Counted from the first letter of the whole stretch, positions 24,486 to 37,505 are shown. The stretch is 63,846 nt of DNA, filler included, from Squatina squatina (GCA_031763465.1; 4 parts of 3 records of this genome joined end to end with filler, not necessarily neighbours in it), one strand, 5' to 3'. The notes: generated from the sequence alone by a model not told the origin. Numbers and translations: made by a program.

Positions 24486-27400
24486 CATAGAAACATAGAA
24501 GATAGGAGCAGGAGTAGACCATTCGGCCCTTCGAGCCTGACGGATTCAATGAGATCATGGCTGATCATCCAAATTCTGTACCCTGTCCCTGCTTTCTCCC
24601 CGTATCCCTTGATATCTTTTTCTTAAGAGATATATCTAACTCCTTCTTTAATATATTTATTGATTTGGCCTCAACTGCATTCTGTGGCAGATAATTCCAC
24701 AGGTCCACCACTCTCTGGGTGAAGGAATTCATCCTAATCTCAGTCCTAAATGGCTTACCCCTTATCCTACGTCTGTAACCCCTGGCTCTGGACTCAGCCG
24801 CCATCGGGAACATCCTTCCTGCATCCAACCTCTCTAGTTCTGTCAGACTTTTATAAGTTTCAATGAGATTCCGTCTCATTCTTCTAAACTGCAGCGAATA
24901 CAAGCCTAATCGACCCAATCTCTCTTCATACGTCATACCTGCCATCCCCGGAATCAGTCTGGTGAATCTTCGCTGCACTCCCTTGATGGCAATAACATCC
25001 TTCCTCAGGTATGGCGACCAAAACTGCACACAATACTCAAGCTGCGGTCACACTAAGGCACTTTACACCTGCAGCAAGACATCCTTGCTCCTGTGCTCGA
25101 ATCATCTCGCTATGAAGGCCAACATAACTTTTGCCTTCTTAAGCGCCTGATGCACCTGCATGCTTACCTTCAGCGGCTGGAGCACAAGGACACCCAGGTT
25201 TCGTGGCACCTCCACCTATTGCCGTTCAGATAATAATCTGCCTTCCTGATTTTGCCACAAAAGTGCATAACCTCACATTTATCCACATTATACTGCATCT
25301 GCCATGCATTTGCCCACTCACCCAACCTGTGCAAATCATTCTGGAGTTTATCTGCATCATCCGCACAACACACCCAGCTTTGTGTCGTCTGAAAATTTGG
25401 AGATATTCCATCTAGATCCCTCATCTAAATCATTAATATAAATTGTGAATAGCTGTGGTCCTCGCACTGACAACTGCGGGACTCCACTAGTCACTGCCTG
25501 CCAGTCGGAAGATGATCCCTTTATTCCAGCTCTTTGTTTCCTGTCTGCCAAGTCAGTCCCTTACCCCCAATTCCATGTGCTTTAATTTTGTACGCTAGTC
25601 TCTTCTGCGGGTCCTTATCGAAAGCCTCCTGAAAGTCCGAATACACCACATTCACTGGTTCTCCCTTATTTATTCTACCAGTTACATCTGAAAATTTCCA
25701 ATCGATTTGTCAAGCTTGATTTTCCTTTTTTAAATCCATGTTGACTTTGTCCGATCCTGTCACTGTTTTCCAAGGGCTATGCTGTTACATCTTTTATCAT
25801 GGTCTCTAGTATTTTCCCCACTACTGATGTCAGGCTAACTGCTCTGTAATTCCCTGTTTTATCTCTGCGAGCTTCTTAAAACATTGGGGTTACATGCGCT
25901 GCCCTCCATTTTGTGGGAGTTTATAGAACTTGGAAGATGGCCAGCAATGCATCTGCTATTTCTAGGACCACTTCCTCAATACACTGGAATGAAGATTATC
26001 AGGCCCTGGTGATTTATCCGCCTTTAATCCCATTATATTCCATAACATCATTTCCCTATAAATACTGAATTTATCAGTTCCTCCCTCTCATTAGAATCTA
26101 TCTTCCATGACATCTCTGGGAGGGTATTTGTGTCCTCCGTTGTAAAGGCGGAACCAAAATATGCATTTACTTGGTCTGCCATTTCTTTGTTCCCCATTTT
26201 AAATCTCCCTGATTCTGACTGCAAGGGACCGACCCTTGACTTCACTAACGCTTTACTCTTCACATATCTGTAGAAGCTTTTACAATCAGTTTTTATGTTC
26301 CTTGCAAATTTATACTCATACTCTATTTTCTCCCTCTAACTTAATCACTTTGTCCTACTTTGCTGAATCCTAAACTGCTCCCAATCTTCAGCTTTGCTAC
26401 TTTTTCAGGCCAATTTGTATGTCTGCTCCATGGATATTAAGCTGTAACTAATTTCTCTTGTTAGCAACGGTTGAGGGACATTTCCTTCTTTATTTTTATG
26501 CCAGACAGGGATGAACAAGTTCTGTATACATGCGATATCAAAATGTTTGTCATTGTCTATCCACCATCACCCCCTTTAAGTAATGTTCCCCAATCTATTC
26601 CAGCCAAGTCACGCCTCATACCATCGTAGTTTCCTTTTTTTTTTAAGTTCAGGACCCGAGTCTCTGGATCAACTATGTCACTCTCCATCTTAATGAAGAA
26701 TATTATCAAGTGACCTCGCACAACAAGATTGCTAAGTACTCCTTTCTCATTACATAATACCCAGTCAAAGATGGCCTGATCTATTGTTGGTTCCTCGACA
26801 TATTGGTCCAGTGAACCATCACGTATTCACTCCAGGAATTGCTGCTCCACAGTATTGTTACTAATTTGGTTAGCCCAATCCATCTGCAGATTAACGTCAC
26901 CCAGCATAACTGTTGTGACCTTATTGCACGCATCTCTAATTTCCTGTTTATGCCATTCCCAAACTCGCCACCGCTGTTTGGCGTTGTGTCTTCAACTCCC
27001 ACTAACATTTTCTGCCCCATGGTATTTCTCAGCTCTCCCCATACAGATTCTACATCATCCGAGCTAATAAACTTCCTTACTGTTGTGTTCATCTCCTATT
27101 TAACCAGCAGTGCTGCCCAATCTCCTTTCCCTTTTTGCCTGTCCTTCCTGAATATTGAATACCCTTGGATGTGGAATTCCCATCCTTGGTCACCCTGGAG
27201 CCATGTCTCCGTAATGCCAAATGTATCATATCCGTTTATGACCTTTTGCACAGCTAATGCATCTACCTTATTTAAATGCTCCTCGCATTAAGACACAAAC
27301 CCTTCAGACTTGTTTTTTTAACACTCCTAATCCTTTTAGAATCATTATTTTTACTGTGGCCCTGTTTGATTTTCGCAAATCCCTGTTTGCTTCCTCTGAC

Positions 27401-28326
27401 TTCCACTTTTGCTTTTCTCTTTCCTATCTTTTGCTCCAACCTTGCTTCCCTTTCCACTCTCTCCCTGCACAGGTCCCCAACCCCCTGCGATTTTAGTTTA
27501 AATCCTCCCCAACAGCACTAGCAAAAACTCCTGCCCAGATACAAACCGTCCAGTGAGAACTGGTCGCACCTGCCCCAGAACCCATTCCAATGTCCCAGGA
27601 ATGTAGGATTCCACCAGCCACGTATTCATCTGAAAGATCCTGCTGTTACGACTCTGACTAGCACGTGGCACTGTAATGGAAATTACTACCTTTGAGGTCT
27701 TATTTTTTTAATTTACTTCCGAACTCCCAAATTGCAGGTTTAGGACGTCATCCCGTTTTTTGCCGATAACTTTGGTACCTATATGCACCACGACAACTGG
27801 CTGTTCATCCCCACCTCCAGAATGCCATGCAGCCGCTCTGATGCATCCTTGACCCTTCCACCAGGGAAGCAAAGTACCATCCTGGGGTCTTGTTTGTGGC
27901 TGCAGAAACGCCTATCTATTCCCGTTACAACAAAATCTCCGATAGCTCTCCAGCTATTTTTCCTCCCCTCCTATGGAGCAGAGCCACCCATGGTGCCATG
28001 AACATGGCCGCTGCTGCTTTCACCCGATAAGACACCTCTCCCAACAATATCCAAAGTGGTATATATTTTGAGTGGGGGAAGACCACAGGGGACTCTGGCA
28101 CTACCTGCCTTCTTCTGCACTGCCTACCGCTCACCCATTCCCTTGCTGCCTGTGCAGCCATTACCTGTGTTGTGACCAACTCATTTAACATGCTAGCCAC
28201 AATGTCCTCAGCATCGCGGATGCTCAATTGTATAAACATTCGCAGCTCTAGTGCCGCAATGCATTCTGCCAGTTGCTGCATCTGGACACACTTGCTGCAC
28301 ACATGGTTTTCAGGGAGACTGGAAGT
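24486..28326 (-). mobile_element. Near full-length CR1 LINE (ORF1 zinc finger/esterase, ORF2 endonuclease + RT, 3' UTR), frameshifted
   Basis: Minus-strand frames in order: CSKCVQMQQLAECIAALE (ORF1 Zn finger/coiled coil), IGDFVVTGIDRRFC and VVVHIGT (SGNH esterase), LKGLCLNARSI (EN start), VTSGVPQ..GPQLFTIYINDLD and SKFSDDTKLG (RT), QFWSPYLRKD; catagaaacatagaa tail at 24486. Confidence 0.95.
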
Positions 28327-28769
28327 GAGTGGTTGGAATTCTTACCTACAGTGAGATGTGGAGGCTGAGTAATTTAATACTTCCAAAGCTGAGATAGACA
28401 GAGTTCTGAGCTTCAGCGCATGCAAGGTTTATGGGGAACAGGAAGGGATGTGGAGTTGGGACCAAAATCAGATCAGCCATGGTCTCAGTGAATGGCGGAG
28501 CAGGATCGAGGGACCGAATGACCAACTCCTGCTTCCACTTCTGATGTTCTTATGTTTGTCCACAGCACAGCTCGTCTCCACTAATGCCTGAGCTCATCTT
28601 GTGCTTTACCCCTCATGCATGCCTTGACAACCTCTAGACACGACATCCTTAGAAGAAATAATTATAAATGATGTAAACTCAAAACCCTACTTCTTTTTAA
28701 TGCACAGTTTGAAACCGGTCTTGTCCTGTGATCAGAGACTGACGTCATGTTCTGCTAAACAAATGACAC

Positions 28770-29030
28770 TGAATGTACAGCAGAGAAAGAGGCCATTTAG
28801 CCGAACTGCTCCATGTCCACAATTCTGCTGCAGACGAGCCTCCTGCCGCCCACCATAACACCACGTTATCAGCATTCCCTTCGATTCCTTCCTCCTTCAT
28901 GTGATTATCACATCTCCTCTTGAATGTCTCAATGTTACTCGCCTCAACCAAGCCCTGTGCTAGTGATCTCCACATTCTGGTAAAGACGATTCTCCTGAAT
29001 TCCTGTTTTGACTTACTGGTGATGATCTCA
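28770..29030 (-). mobile_element. CR1 LINE 3' fragment (old)
   Basis: Translates MWRSLAQGLVEASNIETFKRRCDNHMKEEGIEG, followed by a CR1-like 3' UTR. Confidence 0.75.
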
Positions 29031-29249
29031 TATTCATGGCCCCTACTTTTGGTCTCATAACTAATTTACGATTTGAGTTTTTTAAAGCTTTATTCATTAT
29101 TTTGTCAACACACCTTATCTCTCCTGCACATCACAGTTGCTTTTCCTATGACGCCTTTATGAGAGTAAAAGTAGACATTAGAATCTGCCTCGAATACTGC
29201 AGAACATCGGTACAATACAGGTGACAAGGGCTCACTGGCTTTTAATATC

Positions 29250-29725
29250 ACATAATCACAGAATTATACCACGCAGAAGGAAAACTTTCAGTCCATGGAA
29301 TCTTTGCGAGCTCTGTGATTAGTTATTTAATTAGCCACACTCCTTGCTCTTTCCCCAGAGCCCTGCAGATCCCTCACTTCCAAGATAGACCCATTGCATT
29401 TCGAATGGTGTTATTGGATCTCCTACTTCCACGCTTTCAGGCAGTGCATTCCAGGTCACAACAACTCGCTGCCTAAAATAACTCTGCTCATCTTCCCTCT
29501 TTTTCTTTTGCCAGTTATCTTAATTCGGTTTCTTCTGTTCACCACTGGCAATGGTTTCTCATTAATTACTCTATCCACGCCCCTCATAATCTCGGAAGCA
29601 CGTATTAAATCTCCTCTTACACTTCTCAGCTTCTCCCCTCTCTCCATATATCTCTACACCCCCATCTCTGCTAACATTCCAGTAACTATCCTCTGTGACT
29701 TCTCCAGTGTCCTCTTGATGTGTGC
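29250..29725 (-). mobile_element. CR1 LINE 3' fragment (old)
   Basis: Translates LEKSQRIVTGML...RGDLIRASEIMRGVDRVINEKPLP (CR1 ORF2 C-terminus). Confidence 0.8.
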
Positions 29726-29739
29726 TGCCCCGAATGGAC

Positions 29740-29871
29740 ACAATGGGTGGTGTTTGTGCAGTGTGTTCAGGAGGATTTTCTGACTCAGTATGTCGATAGT
29801 CCGACCAGAGGAGAGGCTATTTTGGATTTGGTACTTGGTAATGAACCAGGACAAGTGATAGATTTGTTGGT
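29740..29871 (+). mobile_element. CR1 endonuclease fragment, cut by a gap
   Basis: Translates FVQCVQEDFLTQYVDSPTRGEAILDLVLGNEPGQVIDL. Confidence 0.9.
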
Positions 29872-31378
29872 NNNNNNNNNNNNNNNNNNNNNNNNNNNNN
29901 NNNNNNNNNNNNNNNNNNNNNNNNNNNNNNNNNNNNNNNNNNNNNNNNNNNNNNNNNNNNNNNNNNNNNNNTCTCACAGCGATGGCAGTTTCATGCATGT
30001 CCTTTTTCTGTATCCCAAAATTCTGTGACAAGTGTCAAAATAATTATGTCTCTTCAAAATGTTATTTGAAAACAACATTAAACCTTCTGTCACAAAATAA
30101 AAGACCAGAAATGAACTGCACAGCCTGAGGCTGAGTTGAGCTTTTGTTGCCATAGCTACTGGGAAGCGGTGCCATTGCTTTAGCAAGCAACATTTGATAG
30201 AAAGCTTCTGACAATAGATGCACCTGAATAAAAGCAGTATAGCACCTTCGGCTTATTTTACATTGATATGCTATCAACTCATTCATATTACCATCCAAAC
30301 AGTGGAACAACGAGTATTATAATTCACTGGGTTGTGATCTCTGCAATCTGTTCACCCTTATTCTTCCATCTTATGAGATGTTATAAGGCAGCTGGGATCT
30401 CATCAGAAAAGCAAAGTGCACTGAGCAATGTGGTATTTCACAGCCAAGCTTTTGCTTGCTTGCTATACTTCTCTTCACAGCTTTCAGAAGATTTAAATAA
30501 ATGCTGATAATGATTGTTGACACCTCTCTGTATTTGAAATTTAATTTCCCTAACCTGTAGTTTTAAGGGTAGAGTGCAAATATCCTCGTTTTCCAATGGA
30601 ACGTTGAATTATAAAATGAACAGGGATGAAAGCGAATATAATGGCCACTAAGATCCATCGGTGCTCTCCAGTGCTGACCCCTCCAGAGTTTTACAGGGTG
30701 AGTGGGAGGATAATTCATTTCTATGGAGCCAGCAAATCCTCATGCCTCCACATCACATCAGTTACTCATCTACCCCTTGCTGCTTGAAGTTCTAGGCTCT
30801 AGCCATCATTGGTGGTTGCCCANNNNNNNNNNNNNNNNNNNNNNNNNNNNNNNNNNNNNNNNNNNNNNNNNNNNNNNNNNNNNNNNNNNNNNNNNNNNNN
30901 NNNNNNNNNNNNNNNNNNNNNNNNNNNNNNNNNNNNNNNNNNNNNNNNNNNNNNNNNNNNNNNNNNNNNNNNNNNNNNNNNNNNNNNNNNNNNNNNNNNN
31001 NNNNNNNNNNNNNNNNNNNNNNNNNNNNNNNNNNNNNNNNNNNNNNNNNNNNNNNNNNNNNNNNNNNNNNNNNNNNNNNNNNNNNNNNNNNNNNNNNNNN
31101 NNNNNNNNNNNNNNNNNNNNNNNNNNNNNNNNNNNNNNNNNNNNNNNNNNNNNNNNNNNNNNNNNNNNNNNNNNNNNNNNNNNNNNNNNNNNNNNNNNNN
31201 NNNNNNNNNNNNNNNNNNNNNNNNNNNNNNNNNNNNNNNNNNNNNNNNNNNNNNNNNNNNNNNNNNNNNNNNNNNNNNNNNNNNNNNNNNNNNNNNNNNN
31301 NNNNNNNNNNNNNNNNNNNNNNNNNNNNNNNNNNNNNNNNNNNNNNNNNNNNNNNNNNNNNNNNNNNNNNNNNNNNNN

Positions 31379-31720
31379 CCCTTCCTCTTCTTTCAACAGT
31401 GGAATCTTTTACATCCACCTGAGGTGGGACTTTAGTTTAATATTTCATCCAAAAATAGCACCTGTGACAGGGCAACACTCCCTCAGCACTGCACTGAAGT
31501 GGCTTACGTGCACAGGTCTTTTGGAATTTGGCTTGAATCTCTCATTCAGATGAGAGTAAATGTTGTATTTCTGGGGTTTCCATGGCGCTTCTGCCATGGG
31601 TTTGATGGACGAGCAGGAGTACTCTGGTGAAAATTCACCTCCTAAATATTCCACTCTTGGAGTAGGGCCTGAACCCATGACCCTCTAACTCAGAGGTGAG
31701 TTCAACCAACTGAGCCAAGT
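31379..31720 (-). mobile_element. Deu-domain SINE, interrupted/degenerate
   Basis: ggaatcttttacatccacctgag...cactccctcagcactgcactgaagtg and the head cctgaacccatgaccctctaactcagaggtgag...aactgagcca. Confidence 0.7.
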
Positions 31721-32707
31721 TAATGGAAGAAACGTCTATATTCTTTTTTCCTCATCAGTTTTACTCACATCTACTTCCCAGTTAAAGTCAGGAAAATATA
31801 TGCCATTACTGTTCAAGAGTTTGTGACCTGGTTGCTCATCCATTAACACAGCTGGAGGGAGAAAATGTTGAAGTCCACAGTGAAAAATGATGTACCACAG
31901 GAAATTAGTGAAAAAAGACAATTTAATGTTTAATTTTTTTCCCCAAACAAAAATTAAACTTGACAAACATAACAAAGCCATGGTTGTTGGTCTTTGTATT
32001 GGGCATTTACACATTTTAAATTATAGATGTTACGCTATTTTGAAAATAATCTAATTTACACATGTAAACTGTATCTAATAGGCATCCTTAATATGTTAAT
32101 ACCCTCCAAATCTCATCAAGGTTTTCTTATCCAATATATGCAAATACATTTCCATTTTTTTGAATTATGGGCAAGTCTACTTTATAATTAACCAACGAAA
32201 AATTAGAGCTAATTCTTGTCACTCATTATGCCAAGCTTTGTAAAGATTGGACTTAATTTTTAAATTGGTGGGGAATTTGTAAATGCAAATGACATCTAAT
32301 TAGTATAATTCATTAATGCGGTCCCTAATAGCACAAGTAATATTCGCTTTTCCGCTTCTTGAAGATTTAAAAAAAAATCAGAATCTGTTAATGTGTTATC
32401 ATTGATAGAAAAATAATTAGCTCCTCCAATTTCCAAAAAAATGTAATTCTATTTTGTAAGTTACTGTAAACTTGGATATCTGAATTATATAGATATTAGA
32501 TATTAATTTGGACTTAATTTTTCAATTTATTGGGGAAATGTCTGCCTTCTAAATTACACCTAATAGCACAATAAATACATCTTCAAGTTTGATAAGATAT
32601 ATGGGCNNNNNNNNNNNNNNNNNNNNNNNNNNNNNNNNNNNNNNNNNNNNNNNNNNNNNNNNNNNNNNNNNNNNNNNNNNNNNNNNNNNNNNNNNNNNNN
32701 NNNNNNA

Positions 32708-33080
32708 CAATACTCCAGGTGCAGTCTCACCAAGGCCCTATATAATTGCAGTAAGACATCTTTACTCCTGTACTCAAACCCGCATGCAATATTTTATACC
32801 CCTCCTCCTTAACTATGATGTCTGCATTGTCACTTTCTTTTGTGAAGACAAATGCAAAGTGTTCATTAAGAATAATACCCGCATCTTCTGCCTTCACACA
32901 CAGGTTACCTTTTTGGTCCTTAACAGGCCCTACTCTTTCTTTAGATATCCTCTTGCTCTTAAATGTATTTATAAAACATCTTTGAGTTTTCCTTGAAGTT
33001 ACTTGCCAATATTTTCTCATGCCCTCTCTTTGCTTTCCTAGTTTCTTTTTTAATTTCACCCCATGCACTTTCTAATCTCC
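32708..33080 (-). mobile_element. CR1 LINE fragments
   Basis: Translates EIKKETRKAKRGHEKILASNFKENSKMFYKYI / KSKRISKERVGPVKDQKGNLCVKAEDAGIILNEHFAFVFTKE. Confidence 0.85.
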
Positions 33081-33287
33081 CCTCGGCTTTCTGCAGTAGT
33101 TGGCTCTCGGTTAAAAAATTTAAATCTATATTTCTCAGCCTTTTCTTGCATGAGCAGTGCAAAATGGAACAAACTGATTACGTCTTCATAAAAGTCTTAT
33201 ACTACTTCAAAGAGATCAAAGACAAAAAAAAAGCATTTCAAAAAATTTGGCAGACTCCATGACTATTGATCTGGGACAAAGGTTCGG

Positions 33288-33387
33288 NNNNNNNNNNNNN
33301 NNNNNNNNNNNNNNNNNNNNNNNNNNNNNNNTTAATTAATTAANNNNNNNNNNNNNNNNNNNNNNNNNNNNNNNNNNNNNNNNNNNN
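33288..33387. other. Artificial scaffold linker 44N-TTAATTAATTAA-44N
   Basis: TTAATTAATTAA at 33332-33343 centred in a 100-bp spacer. Confidence 0.97.
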
Positions 33388-34274
33388 AAACATGCCTTTC
33401 TTTCTTCCTTCAGCGTTGATCGGGAAACTCTGCTCTGGAACATTCTGTTTAATCTTCATATGGTCTGATCACTGTTAAGCAATGACTTTTTAAGAAATAT
33501 TTATAGCCGGTGGGGTTGAATGTAAATGATATGATGCAGGCGCTTCAGAACATGGACAATGCAAACCAGAGGTGGATGACAGGGCTCCCAGTGGAGTCTG
33601 AACACTGTGTGCTGTGCATAGCTGAAAGATGCTGCTCGTGGCTTTAAATGTATACCCTTGATTAGTTCCTGCAAAGAAAAAGGAACCTTTAATGAGCTGG
33701 CTGAACCAGCACTCCATTTAGTCATTAGGCACCGTTATAGCTTCAACATACATCCTTAAGAGGAGCTCCATTAAGTCTGCTTGGAAGAATCATTACTGCA
33801 GAAACATTAACAAAAACAGTCATTCTAAAACAGGTGCAGATTGAGATGTCCAAATAGAACGTGTGTTTTCACTCTCCCTAGCACTCTTTTTCAAACAGGA
33901 GGATGTCCACTACATGCTTAAAGTGACAAAAGACAGATTTGGTCTTCCTGTACAGGCAGATCTTGACATGGTGCTAAGTTACCTTGCAACAGATAGCCAG
34001 ACCATTAGTTTATATAGCCTCAGTGTAGTGATTGTGTTAAAAGTGTCGTGTGCTTTGGTTCAGTAATATGAAGCTGGAAATGACACTGCAGCAATACAAG
34101 CTGTTAACACACTCGTATCAGCTTCCTTTCTCTGCTGTTATAGTGGATACACTGTTATGCTGAAATGATGTGACAGTGTCTTACCTATTTAAAATAAACT
34201 GGTTAATGCCTTTGTTGAAATAACAAAGAAGGTAAACACATTTGGTTGAATTCACTGATCATGTGGTGCCATGC

Positions 34275-34480
34275 TTGAAGGGAGAGTAAGTCAGACTCTA
34301 TCTTGGTTGTGGGTTCAAGTCTCTGGAGTGGAGTACATTACAACAGTGACTACACCTCAAAAGTACCTCATTGGGTGTAAAGCACTTTGGAACGTCCTGC
34401 GATCGTGAAAGGCGCTATATAAATACAAGTCCTTTCTTTTTTTTCTGACTCAGAGGTGAGAATGCTACCAACTGAGCCCA
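34275..34480. mobile_element. Minus-strand Deu-SINE head interrupted by a plus-strand Deu-SINE/L2-type tail (~34333-34443)
   Basis: caagtctctggagtgg | tacattacaacagtgactacacctcaaaagtac...gaaaggcgctatataaatacaagtcctttctttt | tctgactcagaggtgagaatgctaccaactgagcc. Confidence 0.7.
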
Positions 34481-36964
34481 CAAGGAGCTTAAAACCAGGC
34501 AAAGTTCTAAAACTTACCTGGGCCTCTTCTGACCAGTCGGCTCCTCCTGCCATGTTGCTGCTGCCAGGACTCCCCCTGTGTTGAGGTTAAAATAATTCGC
34601 AGCAACTTTGACATGTTAAGTAGGTCCCTGGCTGCTTTTAGTTGGAGCCTTGTCCACGGCCTGAATTGCTGCTGTAAGTATTATGGCAACCAGGAGTGGG
34701 GTCGGATCACTCTAGTCCGGTGTTTTAACCCCTCTACCGCTTGTCAGGGGGGCTGGGGGTGGGGGTGGTTAAGATCGAGGTCAATATGTTTAATCACTTC
34801 AGGGAAAGTTCTGCAGNNNNNNNNNNNNNNNNNNNNNNNNNNNNNNNNNNNNNNNNNNNNNNNNNNNNNNNNNNNNNNNNNNNNNNNNNNNNNNNNNNNN
34901 NNNNNNNNNNNNNNNNNNNNNNNNNNNNNNNNNNNNNNNNNNNNNNNNNNNNNNNNNNNNNNNNNNNNNNNNNNNNNNNNNNNNNNNNNNNNNNNNNNNN
35001 NNNNNNNNNNNNNNNNNNNNNNNNNNNNNNNNNNNNNNNNNNNNNNNNNNNNNNNNNNNNNNNNNNNNNNNNNNNNNNNNNNNNNNNNNNNNNNNNNNNN
35101 NNNNNNNNNNNNNNNNNNNNNNNNNNNNNNNNNNNNNNNNNNNNNNNNNNNNNNNNNNNNNNNNNNNNNNNNNNNNNNNNNNNNNNNNNNNNNNNNNNNN
35201 NNNNNNNNNNNNNNNNNNNNNNNNNNNNNNNNNNNNNNNNNNNNNNNNNNNNNNNNNNNNNNNNNNNNNNNNNNNNNNNNNNNNNNNNNNNNNNNNNNNN
35301 NNNNNNNNNNNNNNNNNNNNNNNNNNNNNNNNNNNNNNNNNNNNNNNNNNNNNNNNNNNNNNNNNNNNNNNNNNNNNNNNNNNNNNNNNNNNNNNNNNNN
35401 NNNNNNNNNNNNNNNNNNNNNNNNNNNNNNNNNNNNNNNNNNNNNNNNNNNNNNNNNNNNNNNNNNNNNNNNNNNNNNNNNNNNNNNNNNNNNNNNNNNN
35501 NNNNNNNNNNNNNNNNNNNNNNNNNNNNNNNNNNNNNNNNNNNNNNNNNNNNNNNNNNNNNNNNNNNNNNNNNNNNNNNNNNNNNNNNNNNNNNNNNNNN
35601 NNNNNNNNNNNNNNNNNNNNNNNNNNNNNNNNNNNNNNNNNNNNNNNNNNNNNNNNNNNNNNNNNNNNNNNNNNNNNNNNNNNNNNNNNNNNNNNNNNNN
35701 NNNNNNNNNNNNNNNNNNNNNNNNNNNNNNNNNNNNNNNNNNNGACGTTTGATGCTTCTTCAGTTCCAAAAGCCCAGGAACCATTGTGTTCTACAGAATT
35801 ATGTGATTACCTAAGGCAGCTGCTGGTCAGGATGTCAAAGGGAAAGGACAAAAAAAAGAAACAGTGGAGCAGACACACAAACAGACTGACTGAAGGGAGA
35901 GAGAATAAACGACAAATGGTCTGACAGAAAGATAGAGACTGATAGAAGCAGAAAATCAGATAGACAGAAACACAGACAGGTAATGGGTCTGTTAATTAAG
36001 TGAGGAGTGAGGTGGAGTACATTGCAGCATGGAAACGCTATTGGTTGGGAAGACTAAAAGCAGAAATCTGTAAAAGTAAGGATGCCTGAAGTGAACTGAG
36101 GTATGAAAAACAGGGTCGGGAGGAAGGAGAGGGAGTGAACGAATTATAGAAAGTGTGAACTGAAATATGGTTTGGTTGGAGAAACTGTTATCGAATTGGC
36201 AGAAAGGTTTGAGAAACCATCGTGCTCACAGGCATGCTCATATCAAATCCTTAGGTTTCGCAATTAGGTTTGGGGAAATCAATGTGTCAGGTTTCAGCCA
36301 GCAGTTGCTGGGATGTGACTGGAATCTGGTGGGATTGCTGCGAAAATCAATGTGATCAATTGTGGTGTTAGCAGTGAAACCTCACAGACCCCAGTGCAGC
36401 CGTGACCTTGCACATGTCCTTGGGCATAAACATCAATAAGCCCTCGGGGTATCTAGTGTGATTTCTCTCAAGATGCTGTTTGAGCATCAGCCCGAAGTCA
36501 TATTCAGCATCCTGATTACAGGGAATATCGTTCTTGTAGGTAGAAAGAGAGGAATGACACACTTTGCATTGCAAAAAGCTGGAAGAGAAGACAGTTGAGT
36601 TAAATGAGCTGAACTTGCACACTTACATCTCATTTCATTTTTAGGCTCCGAAGGCATATTTGATCGATGATCTTGCATTGAAGTGCCATCTTTCACTAAC
36701 TTATCTGTGCGATAATGAACTCACGTGGTGTCTCAAACCAGACAAGCATTATCGTAAATGCCAAGTGTGGTGTGGGCTTGACTTTTAAAAGGTCTTAAAT
36801 CCTTCCAGCCAAAAGAATACTGCCTGAGGAAACTGCTGCATGATAGACTTTGGGAAGTGGGTGAAAGTGTTAAGAATCGTTAAATGTGCAGAGGAATCTG
36901 GGCATTATCGGTAAATTGATGGAAGCCGATGTTCAGATTCCTCTTAGTATTCAAATGACGGGTA

Positions 36965-37092
36965 AATGCAAAACAGAAAAAAACTACAGATGCTGGTAAT
37001 CTAAAACATAAATGGAAAATGCTGTAAACACTGAGTGGGTCAGTTAGCATCTGTGGCGAGAACAACCAATTTAACATTTCAGGTATATACCC
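36965..37092 (-). mobile_element. Penelope-type terminal repeat fragment
   Basis: actacagatgctggtaatctaaaa...gaaaatgctgtaaacact...agcatctgtgg.gagaa...ttaacatttcaggt; same family as 38078-38243 and 59830-59930. Confidence 0.65.
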
Positions 37093-37374
37093 GCCACGAT
37101 TTCAGGTATATACCTGCCCAGGAGTCTCCAGGAATTAAAGACTAATCCCTAGGTGAAACATCGTAGGGGTATTTAAAAATTGTGTTTATTATCGAAAATT
37201 CTTTGAACACTTTGGTTAGTTGTTATAAAAATATCTAAGATGGGAAAAATGGCTGTTTGACTGACTGTCAAAAATCGCCCAATCAGGTAATGAAGTTCCT
37301 ATGAGGTGAATTGCTTCATTAAGGATGTGACCACTTAAAGGGTGACAGTGCCTTTTAACATCTGGAAAACCAAA

Positions 37375-37505
37375 ACCATCCTCCTCCACTCCAGCATCCC
37401 TTTTTGACTCCAGAAATCACCTCGGCTGCCAAGTTAAGTCAGGAGATGTGGAACCTTGGGTATTATGTGACCCTATGCTGAGTTTCTTTCCCCGCATTTG
37501 TTCCT
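37375..37505 (+). mobile_element. L2 LINE RT fragment (degenerate)
   Basis: gtggaaccttgggtattatgtgaccctatgctgagtttctttccccgcatt resembles the L2 VRNLGVxFDPxLSFxPHI block. Confidence 0.5.

Larger units (their letters stand above)
19690..28555 (+). mobile_element. Old degenerate CR1 LINE (ORF1 end, endonuclease, RT, 3' UTR) interrupted by three nested insertions
   Basis: Collinear CR1 segments: 19690-20078 (LNAHSI EN start), 21285-21940 (EN), 22713-24485 (RT: RPVSL, QHGF, SGIPQGSV) and 28325-28555 (3' UTR with tail). Each resumes where the previous one was interrupted. Confidence 0.85.

Noticed and set aside
30146-30159. RFX X-box-like motif GTTGCCATAGCTAC (also GTTGCTAAGGAAAC at 40807-40820)
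   Set aside because: These are single degenerate 14-mers with no identifiable promoter or target gene, and chance occurrence is not excluded.
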